From positions 2,944,001 to 3,008,000 of the forward strand of contig CAXXLZ010000002.1 in assembly GCA_963675595.2 (NCBI GenBank): 64,000 nucleotides of DNA. Reading direction: 5' to 3'. A program made the position numbers and the translations under genes. Source of the DNA: Thermodesulfobacteriota bacterium (GTDB taxonomy: Bacteria; Desulfobacterota; Desulfarculia; JACQYL01). Each line of letters opens with the position of its first letter. The stretch's first letter is position 1. The notes beneath the pieces were generated by a model, which searched no databases, had not been told where the DNA came from, and worked only from the letters and a program-made list of their open reading frames with translations. Shown here in pieces: positions 59,371 to 64,000 of the stretch.

Positions 59371-60642
59371 TCATTGCATTCCCTCGAAAACTTCCCAGAA
59401 CCCGGGAAACGATTTATTCACACAGCCGGGATTTCGAATCGTCACACCCGGCACCCGCAGGCCCAACACGGCGAACGCCATGGCGATTCTGTGGTCATTG
59501 TAGGTGTCGATGGCCGCCCCGTGAAGCTCGCCACCGCGAATCACCAGCCCGTCCCCTGCCTCCTCCACGAGCCCGCCCATCTTTCTCAGTTCCTGCGTCA
59601 CCGAGCTGAGCCGATCCGACTCCTTGACGCGCAGGTGTTCCACATTCCGGATGCGCGTTACCCCCTCGGTCGCCGCGGCCACCACGGACAGGGTGGGAAC
59701 CAGGTCCGGCATGGAGTTCATGTCCACGTCCACTCCACTCATCGCGGGTCCACGAAGCTCCACGCCCCCGTCACGATAAGCGATCGAACACCCCATCTTT
59801 TCCAGCACCCCTACGAATCGGGCATCCCCCTGGATGGACTCCGAACCCAAACCCTCCACAAAAACCTCGCCTCCCAAAAGCGCCGCAGCCGCCAGCGCGT
59901 AGGAAGCGCTGGAAGCATCCGGTTCCACCCGATATGCTCCATTCCGATATTTCCCTTTGGGCACCCGAAAAACTCCGTTCTCTTCCTCCACACGCACCCC
60001 GAAGCTTTCCATCACTCTGAGGGTGATGTCCACGTACGGTCGGGAACTCAACGGCGGAATCACCTCCACGGTCACGGGCTGCGCAGCGTACGGAGCAGAC
60101 AGAAGAATTCCCGAAAGATACTGACTACTCACCCAACCCTTGACACGGGTGAAGCCTCCCTTCAGGCCTCCAGGAGGAACTCGGATGGGAGGACAACCAT
60201 TACCCCCAAGCGATTCCGCCATCACCCCGATGCCGGTTAGCGCTTCGAGTAAGTCTTCCATCGGCCGCTCCCTGAGACGGGAGTCCCCGTCCAGGAGACT
60301 ACCACCCGGAGCCAGAGAAGCGTACGGCGTCAACAACCTCATGGCCGTTCCGGAGCCCCCCAGAAAGATTGGATTCACCGGTGCCTCGAGCTTGCCTCCA
60401 GTCCCGGAAACCTCGATCACATCGTCTTCTACGCGGAAGCCCGAGCCGAAAGCTCTCAACCCGTCCATCATTCGCCGAATATCGTCGCTGTCCAGCGGAT
60501 TCTCCACTCGCACGGGCTCCTCGCAAAGGGAAGCAATCAGAAGCGCCCGGGCCGTTATGCTCTTGGAACCGGGAAGCTTTACGGCACTCTTCAGAGGCCC
60601 TCTTGTCTTCACTGGTCTTTCCGAGTTCTCTCCCGACTTCAT
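59371..60642 (-). CDS. aroA: EPSP synthase
   Basis: PGSKSIT.R, SGTAMR, SSQYLS, RVKESDR, DHRIAM, KSFP. Confidence 0.95.
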   Translation of the reverse strand: MKSGENSERPVKTRGPLKSAVKLPGSKSITARALLIASLCEEPVRVENPLDSDDIRRMMDGLRAFGSGFRVEDDVIEVSGTGGKLEAPVNPIFLGGSGTAMRLLTPYASLAPGGSLLDGDSRLRERPMEDLLEALTGIGVMAESLGGNGCPPIRVPPGGLKGGFTRVKGWVSSQYLSGILLSAPYAAQPVTVEVIPPLSSRPYVDITLRVMESFGVRVEEENGVFRVPKGKYRNGAYRVEPDASSASYALAAAALLGGEVFVEGLGSESIQGDARFVGVLEKMGCSIAYRDGGVELRGPAMSGVDVDMNSMPDLVPTLSVVAAATEGVTRIRNVEHLRVKESDRLSSVTQELRKMGGLVEEAGDGLVIRGGELHGAAIDTYNDHRIAMAFAVLGLRVPGVTIRNPGCVNKSFPGFWEVFEGMQ

Positions 60643-61742
60643 GACCTCATGCCCTCCAAAGTCTCCCTCACCAGCGGAACGGGCACCTCCCATGTCACCA
60701 TGGGCCTTCCCAATCCCTTTAACAGCACCCATCGCAGTCTCCCCTGTAACGCCTTCTTGTCACGAAAAAGAGCTGAAAGAACCTCCTCAACCTCGACATT
60801 ACCGGGCATGGCCACAGGCAAGCCCAATCCTCTCAAAACGTCCTCAATGCGAAGTGCGTCACTCTTTTCAAGCAGGCCCAGAGCCGAGCTCAAACGACTC
60901 GCAGCCACCATTCCCACAGCCACCGCCGCGCCGTGAGGCAGCTCATAATCGGCGCTCACTTCCACACCATGCCCGACGGTGTGCCCAAAATTCAGAATCA
61001 TGCGCTCCCCGCTCTCCAGAGGATCCCGCTCAATGACTCCAGCCTTGATTTTCAGGCACCGTTTTACCAGATCCAACCACGCACCGTCTCTCAGAGAAGC
61101 GTCCGCCAAGTCCATTTTCTCCAACTCCGCAAGAATTCCCTCGTCCGCAATCAAGCCGTACTTTACCACTTCCGAAGCACCGTTCCGGATCTCCTCCACA
61201 GGGAGACTCGACAAGAACTCAGTATCCACAAAGATATGTTCAGGCTGATGAAACGTACCCACCATGTTCTTGCCGGTCGGCAGGTCCACCCCGGTCTTCC
61301 CCCCAAGACAGCTGTCCACCTGAGCGAGAAGGGTGGTCGGAATCTGAACAAGAGAGATTCCCCTCATGTAGACCGAGGATGCAAAGCCTCCCAGGTCTCC
61401 GACCACTCCCCCACCCAACGAGACCAAGACGGACCGCCTGTCCATCTTCTCTTCCACCATCCGTTCGAGCACCAGCCCGGCAGTCGCCCAAGTCTTGCTC
61501 TTCTCCCCGGCTTCGATGGCCATGCATCGCGGCTTAACACCCATGCCTTCCAAAACTGCCACGACCTGCTCACCCCAACATCTTTGCACGATATGATCAG
61601 TGAGCAGGAAAACCGTCCTGCCTTCCAGGACCTCGCCCACGGCCTCAGCCATCCGACCCTTAATCCCATAACCGATGGTTACGCGAAAACAACTTTCGGG
61701 TCTTCCCGGTACCGTTACGCCAAATGAGGAGGCTTCCGTCAT
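60639..61742 (-). CDS. aroB: 3-dehydroquinate synthase
   Basis: GGGVVGD, PTTLLAQVDS, GGKT, LNFGHT, HGAAV. Confidence 0.95.
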   Translation of the reverse strand: MTEASSFGVTVPGRPESCFRVTIGYGIKGRMAEAVGEVLEGRTVFLLTDHIVQRCWGEQVVAVLEGMGVKPRCMAIEAGEKSKTWATAGLVLERMVEEKMDRRSVLVSLGGGVVGDLGGFASSVYMRGISLVQIPTTLLAQVDSCLGGKTGVDLPTGKNMVGTFHQPEHIFVDTEFLSSLPVEEIRNGASEVVKYGLIADEGILAELEKMDLADASLRDGAWLDLVKRCLKIKAGVIERDPLESGERMILNFGHTVGHGVEVSADYELPHGAAVAVGMVAASRLSSALGLLEKSDALRIEDVLRGLGLPVAMPGNVEVEEVLSALFRDKKALQGRLRWVLLKGLGRPMVTWEVPVPLVRETLEGMRS

Positions 61743-62758
61743 GCCAACGTCCGATTCACGAAAGCGCTCAACTTCTTCAATTCGTCCATCAGTTCCTTAA
61801 AGGCCTCCGGCCTGAGAGATTGTTCCCCGTCGCTCATCGCCTTTTCAGGGTGTGGGTGCATCTCCACCATGATCCCATCGGCTCCGGCAATCAACGCCGC
61901 TTTGGCCATACTCGGCACATATCTCCGGTTGCCCGTGGCATGGCTCGGATCCACGATCACCGGGAGATGAGACTTTTCCTTCAAAACCGGCACGGCACTG
62001 ATATCCAGAGTATTTCGGGTGGCTTTTTCGAAAGTCCGGATACCTCGCTCGCATAGAATCACATCCTCGTTTCCCTCGGACAGAATGTACTCGGCGGACA
62101 TGAGCAGCTCCTCCAAAGTACAGCTCATGCCTCGCTTGAGGAACACGGGCTTTTTCGCCTGGCCTAGTTCCTTCAGAAGAGCGAAGTTCTGCGTGTTGCG
62201 CGCCCCCACCTGAAGAATATCCGCATACCGCACTACGAGCTCCGCGTCACGAGGATTCACCACTTCCGTCACCACGGGAAGACCGTACGCCTTCCCCGCT
62301 GCCGCCAAGATCTTCAATCCCTCTTCCTCAAGACCCTGGAAACTGTACGGAGATGTTCTCGGCTTGAAAGCACCGCCTCTCAGAATCGTGCCCCCGCACT
62401 CCTTAACCACTTTGGCCGATTCCATCATCTGATCGTAGTCCTCCACCGAACACGGCCCGGCAATCACGGTAAATCCATCACCGCCGATTTCCGTACCGTT
62501 CACTTTCACCACCGTCTCTCGGTCATGAGTTGTTCGTCCGGCCAGCTTGTAAGGCTCCAATACGGGCATCACCTTATCCACGCCGGGCAGCACTTCCAGT
62601 TGACGCAGCATGAACTTCCCCCTCTCGTCACCCATCGCGGCCACAACCTTGCGGGAATCCCCCTGAATCAGGCTCGTGCGGTAACCCAATGCGTGAACTT
62701 CTCTAATTACGGTCTGTACCTGTTCTTCAGGCGCGTTTTCACTCATTACGATGATCAT
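61739..62758 (-). CDS. aroF: DAHP synthase type I-beta with N-terminal regulatory domain
   Basis: AGPCSVE, GAFKPRTSPYSFQG, CERGIRTFE, DPSH. Confidence 0.95.
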   Translation of the reverse strand: MIIVMSENAPEEQVQTVIREVHALGYRTSLIQGDSRKVVAAMGDERGKFMLRQLEVLPGVDKVMPVLEPYKLAGRTTHDRETVVKVNGTEIGGDGFTVIAGPCSVEDYDQMMESAKVVKECGGTILRGGAFKPRTSPYSFQGLEEEGLKILAAAGKAYGLPVVTEVVNPRDAELVVRYADILQVGARNTQNFALLKELGQAKKPVFLKRGMSCTLEELLMSAEYILSEGNEDVILCERGIRTFEKATRNTLDISAVPVLKEKSHLPVIVDPSHATGNRRYVPSMAKAALIAGADGIMVEMHPHPEKAMSDGEQSLRPEAFKELMDELKKLSAFVNRTLA

Positions 62759-62814
62759 CTGTCTCTCCTTTTTAGGTTCGTTCCCAATTGCTCGGCCCCT
62801 CCGGGCGGGGACCG

Positions 62815-62848
62815 AAAAAAAGGGCCGTGGAGACTCCCACGACCCTTT
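62815..62848 (-). terminator. Second attenuator terminator hairpin
   Basis: Minus strand gggtcgtgggag..ctccacggccc followed by U-run. Confidence 0.8.
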
Positions 62849-62854
62849 CTCAAC

Positions 62855-62894
62855 AAAAAAGGCCGTGGGCTTTTCCTCGCCCACGGCCTTTTTT
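62855..62894 (-). terminator. First attenuator terminator hairpin
   Basis: Minus strand ggccgtgggc-gaggaaaa-gcccacggcc-tttttt. Confidence 0.88.
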
Positions 62895-62912
62895 CTTATT
62901 TATATCAAGAGG

Positions 62913-62981
62913 TTATGGCTGTGGGCAGCGGCTGAAAAAATAAAAATAAAAGAAGAAGCCAAACCCCTGACCGCCATTCAT
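62913..62981 (-). CDS. Phe/Tyr-rich leader peptide of aro operon
   Basis: MNGGQGFGFFFYFYFFSRCPQP* (7 Phe, 2 Tyr); AAGGA RBS upstream; not in the ORF track. Confidence 0.88.
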   Translation of the reverse strand: MNGGQGFGFFFYFYFFSRCPQP

Positions 62982-63088
62982 TACTCGTTCCTTTGCCATT
63001 ACGACTTACGACTCGCTTTCCCGGATATTTTGGACAGAGCTTAGACGCTCTAAAACGGACAAGTCAAGAACATTTTTCCAGGGGAGAA

Positions 63089-63547
63089 TCAATCCTCACC
63101 CAAGACACGCTCTACATCCAACAACAGCCGCACTCGATCTTCGGTTCGAGCGATTCCCATAATATAGTCCGTTTCAGACCCTGAGTCCAGTGGAGGCCTT
63201 TCCTGTATCTGATCACTTTCCACTTGAACAACCTCGGAAACCGAATCCACGACCACCCCGACCATATCTCTCTCACCGTCTTGCATCAACACCTCGACCA
63301 CGATGATGCAGGTGCGTTCGTGGTATTCCTCCTCAGGTAAACCGAAGCGGGAACGCAGGTCCATCACCGGAACCACCTTGCCCCGCAAATTCACAACGCC
63401 CTTAATATAAGACTCGGTCTGAGGAACGAACGTAATGTCGTGCAGGCCGATGATCTCTCTAACTTTGGTAATCTCAAGTCCGTACTCTTCATTTGCCAAA
63501 CGGAAGGTCAGATATTTGCCTTCCAAGTCCTTTACGGCCTTTTCCAT
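63089..63547 (-). CDS. cheW: Chemotaxis coupling protein CheW
   Basis: KYLTFRL, GVVNLRGKVVPVMDLR, GVVVDSVSEV. Confidence 0.93.
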   Translation of the reverse strand: MEKAVKDLEGKYLTFRLANEEYGLEITKVREIIGLHDITFVPQTESYIKGVVNLRGKVVPVMDLRSRFGLPEEEYHERTCIIVVEVLMQDGERDMVGVVVDSVSEVVQVESDQIQERPPLDSGSETDYIMGIARTEDRVRLLLDVERVLGED

Positions 63548-63675
63548 GTTCCCACCGTTACCACCCATTATGCACCTCCCGGGTGCCGACGACCGACCGG
63601 ATCAGCGCACACCTTCCTAAGCCTGACCGAATCGTCGACTTACGGAGCGCGTCACCTCCCGACCCCGTCACCATT

Positions 63676-64000
63676 TCATCCCACACCGGACAAGATCTTC
63701 CGAACAGTGGAAACCATGTTTCGGTAATGGGTTCCAGGCCAGTAGACTCGCCCGCACGACGGACAACGCCGAAATTCAAGATGTGTGTGGTAGACGTATT
63801 CAGGCACCGATTCCCGCACTTCAGAAGGCGTCGCCTTGTCCAATCGCACATTGCACGTACTGCAGAGACCAAACCCCTCCGACCCGTCCACCCGGATCAA
63901 ACCCTTCCGGATCAATTCCTCGATTTGATCCGCCGCCAAGTCACTCTTAAGAAAGATGACCTTCCCACATCCCAGTCCGGAAAATCGCTTTCCTTTGGTC
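63676..64000 (-). CDS. Mut7-C RNase domain protein (partial, runs off right edge)
   Basis: CSTCN...VPEYV...CPSCGRVYWPGTH zinc ribbon. Confidence 0.85.
   Translation of the reverse strand, partial: TKGKRFSGLGCGKVIFLKSDLAADQIEELIRKGLIRVDGSEGFGLCSTCNVRLDKATPSEVRESVPEYVYHTHLEFRRCPSCGRVYWPGTHYRNMVSTVRKILSGVG

Noticed and set aside
57991-60240. 749-aa + strand ORF and other long antisense ORFs (e.g. 24523-25947, 36390-37772, 7407-8624, 2676-3665)
   Set aside because: Shadow frames opposite well-supported genes in GC-rich DNA; no recognisable motifs
62759-62884. N-terminal extension of aroF in the ORF track
   Set aside because: Runs through attenuator hairpins; good RBS (aaggag) precedes ATG at 62758
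1-64000. tRNA, rRNA, CRISPR array, prophage structural genes
   Set aside because: None recognised by eye; DUF5131 alone is not evidence of a prophage. A tRNAscan/Infernal run would be needed to exclude small RNAs

Overview
This 64-kb window looks like a GC-rich bacterial chromosome segment; gene content suggests Desulfobacterota/Deltaproteobacteria (inference). parA-parB and two parS sites suggest it is near the origin. Core genes include a radical SAM protein, PIN-PhoH, a PHP-GT4 fusion, two cheW, dinB, feoA-feoB-DtxR, a B12-radical-SAM/ketosynthase/ACP lipid cluster, pckA, a LIV-type ABC transporter, nrdJ, ogt, ttcA, idh, Smr, NYN and an aro-tyr-phe operon. An accessory region (about 19.8-37.7 kb) holds an AT-rich AvcD-like kinase-dCTP deaminase defence gene, a DUF5131/TcmP pair hit by IS21 and IS1634, RAYT-like remnants, an asparaginase and a giant surface protein. 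Three observations stand out. (1) An IS110/IS1111 element has a readable bridge/seek RNA whose guides match its own target and donor, plus a circle-junction promoter. It separates the surface protein from its IPTL-CTERM anchor, and scarless excision would restore the frame. (2) An unannotated Phe/Tyr-rich leader peptide drives a tandem two-terminator attenuator upstream of the aro operon, which encodes an AroC-chorismate mutase fusion. (3) A cobalamin radical-SAM lipid cluster has an unknown product. All calls come from reading the sequence; no database searches were run.
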